Virus record (IMG/VR): IMGVR_UViG_3300031914_000001
Span: 1-29,307 of that record
Length of the DNA: 29,307 bases
Source: a virus
Strand: one strand, 5' to 3'
A model generated the notes under the pieces. That model saw only the letters and a list, made by a program, of their open reading frames with translations. It had not been told where the DNA came from and did no database searches. Of this stretch, positions 1-6,940 are shown piece after piece (position 1 is the first letter of the stretch; the number at the start of each line of letters is the position of its first letter). The position numbers and the translations under genes are program-made.

Positions 1-55
1 GCAGAGCGATTCCTTCGTAAGGAATAGGTCGAGGGTTCAAATCCCTCCTCCGGCT
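1..55 (+). tRNA. tRNA-Thr(CGT), 5' end cut by the window edge
   Basis: End of the D arm (GCAGAGCG), anticodon arm ATTCC-TTCGTAA-GGAAT (anticodon CGT at 16-18), variable AGGTC, T arm GAGGG-TTCAAAT-CCCTC, acceptor 3' strand CTCCGGC, discriminator T55; no encoded CCA. Confidence 0.92.
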
Positions 56-70
56 TCAACCAATTCGTTT

Positions 71-97
71 ACAATCCCACGGCTAAACCGGGATTGT
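71..97. repeat. 8-bp inverted repeat ACAATCCC-N11-GGGATTGT just downstream of the tRNA
   Basis: Arms at 71-78 and 90-97 are exact reverse complements. Confidence 0.7.
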
Positions 98-143
98 GAT
101 ACTTCTCGCGGTTACGTCGACCCAAAGATAGAGCAGCATACGC

Positions 144-150
144 TTTATCA
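144..150 (+). promoter_or_regulatory. Candidate archaeal TATA box (TTTATCA) for the early operon
   Basis: AT-rich element about 30-35 nt upstream of ATG 181 in otherwise GC-rich DNA; roughly fits a haloarchaeal leaderless or short-leader transcript. Confidence 0.4.
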
Positions 151-180
151 GACGCCGTCTCAGCCGGGGGTGTCGGCCTG

Positions 181-321
181 ATGTCCGTCACCATGGCGCC
201 GGTGTGCGGAGCGCTCGGTTGTTCTGACGACGCCGACGTCGTCGTCGACCACCCCAATCACGGTGAGCGTGTTGTCTGTGCCGACCACGCCGACGGTCAG
301 GAGGTGGTCGGCGATGTCTGA
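181..321 (+). CDS. 46-aa putative Zn-binding microprotein (not in ORF track)
   Basis: MSVTMAPVCGALGCSDDADVVVDHPNHGERVVCADHADGQEVVGDV; CxxxxC...CxxH; acidic; stop overlaps the next start region. Confidence 0.6.
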   Translation: MSVTMAPVCGALGCSDDADVVVDHPNHGERVVCADHADGQEVVGDV

Positions 322-514
322 GGACGATGTCACTGCGAGAGAGGCACTTGCCGTCGCTCAGCGCGCTCTCGCGAAGGCTGTCGACCTGGAGCGAGACATC
401 TCCGAACTTGAAGACGAGACTGCTGCGTTACGGTCAGAGCTCAACGAAGTCGACCAGCGGCTCTCAGAACAAGAGGCTGCTGCTGCAGAAGACGGAGGAG
501 AGGCCGATGTCTGA
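314..514 (+). CDS. Small coiled-coil protein
   Basis: MSEDDVTAREALAVAQRALAKAVDLERDISELEDE..., heptad pattern; start placed at ATG 314 rather than track start 263. Confidence 0.75.
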   Translation: MSEDDVTAREALAVAQRALAKAVDLERDISELEDETAALRSELNEVDQRLSEQEAAAAEDGGEADV

Positions 515-1019
515 AGACGACGTCTCCGCGCGTGACGCCCTCGCGATCGCACAGCGGTCGCTCGCACGCCTCCAGGAGATCGAGAACGAACTGCACGGTG
601 AACTCGAGGAGACGAACGAGACTGTCGACCAGCTCCAAGACGACCTGACTGCGCTCGAGCTTCGTGTCTCCGAGCTCGACGAGAATCGCGATCCAGCCGA
701 CCTCTCTGCAGACGAGAAAGTCGGTATGGTTCGCGAGCATGGCTTCCGGAAAGCCACAGAGGGCCACGGCCGCGCGAAGCTCGACTACGACGACATCAAG
801 TGGGAGATCTTCGGCGGCGACATCGGCGACTCGACGTGCTACCGCCTCATCCGGAAAGCGGCCGGGCTTTCAGACGAGAAGACCGGGAGTACCATCGACG
901 GCTTCACCGCTCGTAACCCGGCGGGAGACAACTACCACCTCGCGATCGACGCGCAGGAAGCAAAACGAAGCCGGGTGTTTTCCGCCGGAAAAATCGGTGT
1001 GACCGAGGAGGTGCGCTGA
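507..1019 (+). CDS. Coiled-coil protein with possible C-terminal HTH/winged-helix; candidate replication initiator
   Basis: Starts MSEDDVSARDALAIAQRSL (paralogous to the upstream gene). The C-terminal LDYDDIKWEIFGGDIGDSTCYRLIRKAA resembles an HTH. Directly upstream of MCM. Function is inference. Confidence 0.7.
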   Translation: MSEDDVSARDALAIAQRSLARLQEIENELHGELEETNETVDQLQDDLTALELRVSELDENRDPADLSADEKVGMVREHGFRKATEGHGRAKLDYDDIKWEIFGGDIGDSTCYRLIRKAAGLSDEKTGSTIDGFTARNPAGDNYHLAIDAQEAKRSRVFSAGKIGVTEEVR

Positions 1020-1195
1020 ACATGGCTCAGTTCGATCGCGGTATCCCACCTCCGTTGTACTCCCCGTAGATCACAGCAACAGCAGTAGTGTACGCAAACA
1101 TCCGTTAGCCGGAAGGCCGTCGTTTTGGCCGACGTTTGGCCGACGTCGGCGGTCTCGGAGAACGCCTCGATGGCGTTTTTTCCGGCGGAAAACAC
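975..1195. repeat. Perfect 19-bp inverted repeat pair (975-993 and 1177-1195) enclosing a tandem 11-bp repeat; candidate origin or operator
   Basis: GTGTTTTCCGCCGGAAAAA and TTTTTCCGGCGGAAAACAC; each contains the palindrome TTTTCCG-N-CGGAAAA; TTGGCCGACGT occurs twice at 1125-1146. Confidence 0.85.
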
Positions 1196-1202
1196 GACCT
1201 CG

Positions 1203-3323
1203 ATGTCAACCACCCACGACCGACGAAAGGAGAACGAGACGCTAACCGAGACGCTGGTCCGCTTCCTTCGGGAGCGGTACCGTGACGCGATCGGCACGCT
1301 CGCGCAGCACTACCCGAACGAACAGCGGTCACTCGTCGTCGACTACGACGAGCTGTACGAGTTCGACCGCGAGATCGCCGAGGATATCCTCGCGAAGCCG
1401 GACGAGATGCAGGAGTACCTGGAAGAGGCGCTGCGGAACTTCGACCTCCCGGCGGACGTGTCTCTCGATCGGGCTCACGTGCGCGTGGCGAACCTGCCGG
1501 ACGAGTACACGCACTACCCCGGTCACTTCAGTCCGACCAAGGTCCACAACGACCAGCCGTACATCGGCGTCGAGGGCGAGATCGTCGCGGGGAGCGACGT
1601 CCACCCGAAGGTCACCGAGACCGCGTTCGAGTGCAAGCGCTGCGGGACGATGACGTACATCCCGCAGACGGATCGCGGCTACCAGGAGCCCCACGAGTGT
1701 CAGGGCTGTGAGCGGCAGGGGCCGTTCCGCGTCAACTTCGACCAGTCCGAGTTCATCGACGCCCAGAAGATCCGCCTCTCGGAGCCGCCGGAGGTCGCCG
1801 GTGGCGAGGGCCAGTCGATCGACATCTTCGTCGAGGATGACCTCGCCGGCGAGGTGACCACGGGCGACCGCGTCACCATCACCGGGCGGCTTCACCTCGA
1901 ACAGCGGACGAAGGGCAACGAGAAGAAGTCGACGTTCGAGCCGTACCTGAACGGCCACGCCATCGAGGTTCAGGAGTCGGACCAGACGACGGTCGAGGTC
2001 TCGCACGACGAGCGGAAGGAGATCGATGGGATCGTCGACGGTGAGCTGGGCGAGCCGCTCGTCGTCGCTGCCGAGTCGATCGCGCCGGGCGTGTTCGGCG
2101 AACAGTACGACCACATGAAGCGGGCGATCGTCCTGGCCGTGGTCGGCGGCGATTGGGTCGAGGGGAAGGACGGCAGCGTCGAGCGCGGCTCCATCAGCAT
2201 GCTCCTCGTGGGCGACCCGTCGACGGGGAAGTCCGCGCTGATCAACCAGGCCGAGTCCAACGCCCCGCGGTCCGTCGGTGTCTCGGGGAAGGGCGCTCGC
2301 GAAGCCGGCATCACTGCCTCGGCCGTTCGCGACGACTTCTCCGACGGCGAGTGGACGCTCAAAGCGGGCGCGTTCGTGAAGGCGAACGGCGGGATCGTCC
2401 GGATCGATGAGCTCGACGACATGCCGCCGGACGTGCGGGCGGCGATGCTGGAGCCGATGGCCAACGGGAAGATCAACGTCTCGAAGGCCGGGATCAACGC
2501 GACGCTGCAGACGCGCGTCGGCGTCATCGCTGCGGCGAACCCGAAGTACGGCCGGTTCGACCCCTACGAGCCCGTCGTCGAGCAGGTCGAGCTCGGGTCG
2601 ACGCTCATCTCGCGATTCGACCTCGGGTTCACCGTCACCGAGACCGACGAGGTCAACACCGTCAAACAAGTCGCTCGGGACATCGTCGGCCGTCGCGAAC
2701 ACAAGAAGCGCCTCGACGTCGCCCCGGAGACGATCGAGCCCGGTGAGACCGACAAGTACGATCCGCCGGTCCGGAGTGAGCTCCTCCGAAAGTGGCTGGC
2801 GCTCGCCGGCGACCAGCCGTCGCCCGTCATCGCGAGCGAAGAGCTCGAACAGCGGATCGCCGACGAGTTCTCCGACTTCAAGACGAAGCACATGGGAGAG
2901 GACGCGCCCGTCCCCGCGACGTGGCGCGACCTGGAGGCGCAGCTGCGGCTCGCCGAGGCGGCTGCGAAGCTGGAGTTCTCGGAGACGATCGAAGAGCGGC
3001 ACTTCAAAACGGCACTCTCGCTGACGATGCGCTCGATGCGGGACTTCGGGATGAACGAGGACGGTGAGTTCGACGCCGACGTCCGCGAGTCCGGCACGTC
3101 GAAGACGCAGCGTGACCGCATCACAGTGCTCGAGGACATCGTTGAACAGCAGTGCTCTGAGGGGAACAGCAACGGTGCCGCTGTCGAAGACGTTCTTGAC
3201 GAGGCCGAGGCCGAGGGCGTCGACCGGAAGCGCGCGGAGAAGGCGCTCCGGAAGATCAAGGAAGAGATCGGGTCGCTGTACGAGCCGATGGATGGCACGC
3301 TCAAGTGGCTCGGGAGGGCGTAA
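1203..3323 (+). CDS. mcm: MCM replicative helicase
   Basis: Zn finger CKRC...CQGC, Walker A GDPSTGKS, Walker B IDELDDM, presensor hairpin VSKAGINATL, AAANP, Arg finger SRFDL, sensor 2 TWRDLEAQLRLAEA, C-terminal wHTH-like tail. Start set at ATG 1203. Confidence 0.97.
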   Translation: MSTTHDRRKENETLTETLVRFLRERYRDAIGTLAQHYPNEQRSLVVDYDELYEFDREIAEDILAKPDEMQEYLEEALRNFDLPADVSLDRAHVRVANLPDEYTHYPGHFSPTKVHNDQPYIGVEGEIVAGSDVHPKVTETAFECKRCGTMTYIPQTDRGYQEPHECQGCERQGPFRVNFDQSEFIDAQKIRLSEPPEVAGGEGQSIDIFVEDDLAGEVTTGDRVTITGRLHLEQRTKGNEKKSTFEPYLNGHAIEVQESDQTTVEVSHDERKEIDGIVDGELGEPLVVAAESIAPGVFGEQYDHMKRAIVLAVVGGDWVEGKDGSVERGSISMLLVGDPSTGKSALINQAESNAPRSVGVSGKGAREAGITASAVRDDFSDGEWTLKAGAFVKANGGIVRIDELDDMPPDVRAAMLEPMANGKINVSKAGINATLQTRVGVIAAANPKYGRFDPYEPVVEQVELGSTLISRFDLGFTVTETDEVNTVKQVARDIVGRREHKKRLDVAPETIEPGETDKYDPPVRSELLRKWLALAGDQPSPVIASEELEQRIADEFSDFKTKHMGEDAPVPATWRDLEAQLRLAEAAAKLEFSETIEERHFKTALSLTMRSMRDFGMNEDGEFDADVRESGTSKTQRDRITVLEDIVEQQCSEGNSNGAAVEDVLDEAEAEGVDRKRAEKALRKIKEEIGSLYEPMDGTLKWLGRA

Positions 3324-3325
3324 TC

Positions 3326-3778
3326 ATGCCTGCCACGAGCCAACACAACGAGCAGGCGGGGGCGCTCCCGAACCCGTCGCCGGAGAACACTACCGAACAC
3401 GGCGAGAACCCGGCGCGATTCCTCGTCGAGGAGCTCACCGTCGACGACGGTGACGGCACGACGGGCGAGCTGATGCTTGCACGCATCCGCGGGCTGGAGA
3501 CGATCGCGCTGTGTCGGTTCTGGCTCGGCGTCGAGCGCTACCTCGCTGCGCATGCGGATCGCGACCCACGCGATCGCGTCGTCGACGCCCTCGAGGAACG
3601 CGAGGAAACCCTCCGGAAGCGAGGTGAGGGGATAGCTCAGGCCGGGCTCTCTGCAGCGGAGCGTCGCGAGCGTGCCACCGAGCTCGACAGCGAGTCCGTA
3701 GCGGTGCTCGTCGACGAGGACGGTGAAGAGGTCTCGTGGAGTCGACAGCGCGGAGCGGTCATGGGGGCAAGCCGATGA
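3326..3778 (+). CDS. Hypothetical protein
   Basis: Acidic 150-aa ORF starting 2 nt after the MCM stop, ATGA-coupled to the next gene. Confidence 0.75.
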   Translation: MPATSQHNEQAGALPNPSPENTTEHGENPARFLVEELTVDDGDGTTGELMLARIRGLETIALCRFWLGVERYLAAHADRDPRDRVVDALEEREETLRKRGEGIAQAGLSAAERRERATELDSESVAVLVDEDGEEVSWSRQRGAVMGASR

Positions 3779-4050
3779 GCGACACGCTCCACGTCGACGA
3801 CGCGGGGCTGTGGCTGCCGGAGGAGTACGGAAACCACGATCAGGGTGTCGTGATCCGCACGCCGAGGGCGACGATCGACCACAAGCCGGGCGGCGCGATC
3901 GGGCCGCAGCACGGGATGATCCGCCCGAGAGACTTCGGCGACGAGGAGGAGTTTCACGAGTCGCGGAACCCGGAGTTAGCACCTGACAGGGTCAAGCTGA
4001 AGCGATACGGAGAGGATCCCGAGACGTTCCGCGTCGAGGTGGACCGATGA
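3775..4050 (+). CDS. Hypothetical protein
   Basis: MSDTLHVDDAGLWLPEEY...; ATGA overlaps at both ends. Confidence 0.75.
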   Translation: MSDTLHVDDAGLWLPEEYGNHDQGVVIRTPRATIDHKPGGAIGPQHGMIRPRDFGDEEEFHESRNPELAPDRVKLKRYGEDPETFRVEVDR

Positions 4051-4253
4051 ACGACGCCGACCGCGCCAGCGACGATCAACGCGACGGAGTAATTGCGCAG
4101 GTCGACTCGAAGGGAGTCTGTGAAAACTGCGGTCATCATGCCTATGTCGTCTCCCACGGCCACGAATCCCTCGACGGTGGTTCGGTCAGCAGGGGCGACG
4201 ATGAAGTCCGCTGCGAGCTAACGTCTTACGGAGGTGAGGTCCGTGCCGAGTGA
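4047..4253 (+). CDS. Small protein with CxxCG motif
   Basis: VCENCGHH; ATGA-coupled; ends in a GGAGGTGA SD for the next gene. Confidence 0.6.
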   Translation: MNDADRASDDQRDGVIAQVDSKGVCENCGHHAYVVSHGHESLDGGSVSRGDDEVRCELTSYGGEVRAE

Positions 4254-4458
4254 CTCCGACGACGGAGAGATTGATCGCGAGTACGTCGACGTCCGCGAGT
4301 TGATGGGGTATCGGCGCGTCCCGTGCAAGGTCGAGGGCTGCGACGACTTTATTCGCGCGTCGCCACGGTTCGATCCGGACGAGTGGTACTGCCGGACTCA
4401 CCTACCGGAGCGTCTCGACAAGAGCCACCTTTCCGAAAGTCCCGAGGTCAGGATATGA
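4243..4458 (+). CDS. Small putative Zn-finger protein
   Basis: GTG start after the SD; CKVEGC...WYCRTH. Confidence 0.6.
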   Translation: MPSDSDDGEIDREYVDVRELMGYRRVPCKVEGCDDFIRASPRFDPDEWYCRTHLPERLDKSHLSESPEVRI

Positions 4459-4715
4459 GCGAGACCGCCGACGTCGCCGATCTCCCTCGACCGACGCGTG
4501 AACACCTCGCCGAGCTCCCACCGACGGCCACAGTCGTGTACCTCCACCTCCGCAACGAGGGGAATCCCCGAACACTCAGACAGATCGCCTACGAGACGGT
4601 TCGCCCGCAGCGTTCGATCCGTCGCGCACTTCGCCAACTTCACGAGGAGGGGATGGTCTCGTGCTCGCCGCGACACACGGATCCGCCACAGTCGGAATGG
4701 CAGGTCAACGAGTGA
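4455..4715 (+). CDS. Winged-helix transcription regulator
   Basis: LPPTATVVYLHLRNEGNPRTLRQIAYETVRPQRSIRRALRQLHEEGMV has a typical archaeal wHTH pattern. Confidence 0.8.
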   Translation: MSETADVADLPRPTREHLAELPPTATVVYLHLRNEGNPRTLRQIAYETVRPQRSIRRALRQLHEEGMVSCSPRHTDPPQSEWQVNE

Positions 4716-4859
4716 GCGACAAAATGGCGCTCGGGGGTCGACTTAAGCCTAGGGGCAAGCAACAGATGGTCGACGACGGCACCGCCACATGGTCCCGAGC
4801 CTGAGAGGGCGATGACAGGGTCAGTCCGACAGCACTGCGCTTCTCCTGCCTGTTCCCGC

Positions 4860-5345
4860 ATGTCTACCACTACCCAACAGTCACTCGATGAGTTCGCGCC
4901 TCGTCGCGACGTCGTTCCAGCCCGCGTGTTCGAGCGCTATCTCTGGACGAACCCCGAGGTGTGCAGCGAGTGCTTCGCCCGGATCCGTACCGAACACGAG
5001 TTCACACGCGATCAGTGGGGGAACACCGTCACCGAGCTCGACCGGGCAGACTCGGGCGTTCAGGGGTACGACAACGTCAACGGCGGTGGCGTGTACCTCC
5101 CGCGGACGTTCTGCGAGGAGTGTGGTGGCCGGGGTCGCGCCGATCCGGACACGGACTCGAAGGTCCAAGCGACGCGCCGAGCCAGTCGGATCGCCGACCG
5201 CCTCGAGGAGCAGGACATCCCCGTCGACTCCCGAGCACTCCGCCGGGCCGTTCGGAAGCTGAAGGCGAAGCCCGAACTGGAGGCACTCGACCGGGAGATC
5301 TACGAGCGCGCCACCAAACTCGCTGTCCGGAGGGCACAGCGATGA
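4860..5345 (+). CDS. Zn-ribbon protein with helical C-terminus
   Basis: CSEC...CEEC; ATG 4860; ATGA-coupled to the next ORF. Confidence 0.8.
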   Translation: MSTTTQQSLDEFAPRRDVVPARVFERYLWTNPEVCSECFARIRTEHEFTRDQWGNTVTELDRADSGVQGYDNVNGGGVYLPRTFCEECGGRGRADPDTDSKVQATRRASRIADRLEEQDIPVDSRALRRAVRKLKAKPELEALDREIYERATKLAVRRAQR

Positions 5346-5521
5346 GCCTCTCGCAGTACGGGCGCGTCGAGTTCCCGTTCGGCGACCGGCGCCTCGTCGG
5401 CGATGCAGTCGACTTCGAGCCCGCCGGCGACGTCTCCGGGCCCGACGGCCTCCTGGTCGTCGACGTCGACGGGCTCACGTACCGCGTCGAGGAGTCGAAG
5501 GTCGAGCGGTTGGATCGATAG
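5342..5521 (+). CDS. 59-aa hypothetical protein whose last codons overlap the tRNA-Phe 5' end
   Basis: MSLSQYGRVEFPFGDRRLVGDAVDF...KVERLDR; stop TAG at 5519-5521 lies inside the tRNA. Confidence 0.6.
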   Translation: MSLSQYGRVEFPFGDRRLVGDAVDFEPAGDVSGPDGLLVVDVDGLTYRVEESKVERLDR

Positions 5522-5582
5522 CGCAACGGGAGCGCACCGCCCTGAAGAGGCGGAGGTCCCGGTTCGAGTCCGGGTCGATCCA
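5512..5582 (+). tRNA. Virus-encoded tRNA-Phe(GAA)
   Basis: Complete cloverleaf: acceptor GGATCGA/TCGATCC plus A73, D arm GCGC-AACGGGA-GCGC, anticodon arm CCGCC-CTGAAGA-GGCGG, variable AGGT, T arm CCCGG-TTCGAGT-CCGGG. Confidence 0.93.
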
Positions 5583-5585
5583 TGT

Positions 5586-5863
5586 CCCGTGGGGCGTGCC
5601 TTCTCCGGAAGGCCAGGTCACCCTGCGGGGATGTTGAGCCGAATGAGCGGCCGGCAGCCATAACCGGCGTTCGGTACCTCAACGTGTTGTCTACGTCGCG
5701 TATCATGCTTCTTCGGACCGTCTCGACACGACGTTCCAAACCCAACCAAGACCGGCCGCCTTGCGACGCCTGTGGCCAGGTGACGGACGCCCCTATTGGG
5801 AGTGGCGAAACCAAAGCCCTCTACGGAGCTCCCCCGTCCCGGGTTCGATCCCCGGCGTCGCCG
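5586..5863 (+). ncRNA. Putative structured non-coding RNA(s) after tRNA-Phe, ending in a tRNA-like module
   Basis: Nested helices found by eye (5586-5629, 5631-5685), three cUNCGg tetraloops, and a T arm CCGGG-TTCGATC-CCCGG with acceptor-like pairing GCGACG/CGTCGC. Confidence 0.5.
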
Positions 5864-5905
5864 TTCGAGTCGTATCGCACGCTAATCCCTCCGTTTCCTC
5901 TCCAG

Positions 5906-6013
5906 ATGCCCAGCCCGACCCATCGTTCGACGACCGGCCAGTGCCCGGAGTGTGGCGCCAGCCACGCCTCGGCGAGACCGTGTGACTGCCAGCCCTACGC
6001 TGATGTCACATGA
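5906..6013 (+). CDS. 35-aa CPxCG-type Zn-finger microprotein
   Basis: MPSPTHRSTTGQCPECGASHASARPCDCQPYADVT; ATGA-coupled to the next gene. Confidence 0.6.
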   Translation: MPSPTHRSTTGQCPECGASHASARPCDCQPYADVT

Positions 6014-6321
6014 TGTCCGTCCAACGCCCTCGGCCGTGGTACTGCCGGGACGACCTCGTCGACGAGTACAAGAGCACGCTCAGAGAGGATGGTGAGTCAC
6101 TGCCGATGCTGAGGGCGCTGAAGATCCTCCGCGCGATCATCGTCAACCTCGGCGTGATCGCCATCGGCCTCTACGCGATCTCCCGCGGCGGGGATCCAAC
6201 GTTCCTGGGTGGCTTCGGACTCACAATCCTCGGCGCCTACAACGGCGTCGAGCTGCTCGACTACGCCGCGCTTCTCCAAGCGTACAGCGAGGTCCAGACA
6301 GACGCTGACGGCGAGGACTGA
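6010..6321 (+). CDS. Small membrane protein (2 predicted TM segments)
   Basis: Hydrophobic stretches AIIVNLGVIAIGLYAI and FLGGFGLTILGAYNGV. Confidence 0.75.
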   Translation: MMSVQRPRPWYCRDDLVDEYKSTLREDGESLPMLRALKILRAIIVNLGVIAIGLYAISRGGDPTFLGGFGLTILGAYNGVELLDYAALLQAYSEVQTDADGED

Positions 6322-6482
6322 TGGCGACGTGCGAGGAGTGTGGCGACCCGGTCGAGGCGAAGAACGCGTCTGGCCACTTCCGCGACAAGTGCATGGACTG
6401 CATCCAGGACGTCGCCGACGAGGTCCCGAGCCACCGCGAGACGTGCGACGACCCTGACTGCCTGATCTGTTCGACACCCTGA
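6321..6482 (+). CDS. 53-aa Cys-rich Zn-finger microprotein (not in ORF track)
   Basis: MATCEECGDPVEAKNASGHFRDKCMDCIQDVADEVPSHRETCDDPDCLICSTP; TGATG-coupled. Confidence 0.7.
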   Translation: MATCEECGDPVEAKNASGHFRDKCMDCIQDVADEVPSHRETCDDPDCLICSTP

Positions 6483-6550
6483 TGATCGCCTCAGTGCGCG
6501 GGCCGTGTCGCGCTGGGGAGCATCGAACCGCAACCTCAGAACCTCAACTG

Positions 6551-6940
6551 ATGCCTTACACAGAGATCGTCATGATCGGACCGAACGACAAGTACCGCGA
6601 GGTCATCTGCGCCGAGCTCCCGGACGACGAGCCTGCCCCGGAAACCGAAGCGGAGTACCAGGATCGCGAACACTCCGAGGCTGCCGAGAACTACCAGGAG
6701 CTCATCGCCGAGGCGCCGACGCCCGACGATATCGACATGGACCTCGAAGAGATGGAGACGCTGTCGTGGGACATACTCTCCGTCGCGAGTGATCCTGACC
6801 TCGCCGCAAAGGTTGCGACGTACTTCGACGGCGTCGACGCTGACGAGCCGACCGAGCTCATCCGAGCGAAGCTCCGGCTCCTCGACGTCGACATCTACGT
6901 CGACGCACAGGTTGCTGCTCGCGAGGAGCTGCGCGGATGA
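6551..6940 (+). CDS. Acidic hypothetical protein
   Basis: MPYTEIVMIGPNDKY...; D/E-rich; ATGA-coupled to the next gene. Confidence 0.7.
   Translation: MPYTEIVMIGPNDKYREVICAELPDDEPAPETEAEYQDREHSEAAENYQELIAEAPTPDDIDMDLEEMETLSWDILSVASDPDLAAKVATYFDGVDADEPTELIRAKLRLLDVDIYVDAQVAAREELRG

Noticed and set aside
1125-1202. Track start of MCM at 1125
   Set aside because: The extension runs through the repeat region and is non-acidic; ATG 1203 gives the expected MCM N-terminus.
4716-4859. Possible riboswitch or uORF in the spacer after the wHTH gene
   Set aside because: Only a short GAGCG/CGCTC hairpin, a TTAAG TATA-like word and a 12-codon ORF; no recognisable aptamer core.
5598-5620. SRP helix-8-like GGAAGG/CAGG words
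   Set aside because: The elements are in the wrong order and lack the conserved internal loop.
5778-5843. Hammerhead ribozyme (CGAAAC and GTC present)
   Set aside because: No CUGANGA core, and stems I and III do not pair.
5762-5863. Ordinary or intron-containing tRNA
   Set aside because: No U8, no YU-anticodon loop and no bulge-helix-bulge found by eye; kept only as a tRNA-like element.
5582-6013. 143-aa ORF across the putative ncRNA
   Set aside because: Basic, Pro/Ser-rich and unlike the acidic proteome; only the last 35 codons (from ATG 5906) look real.
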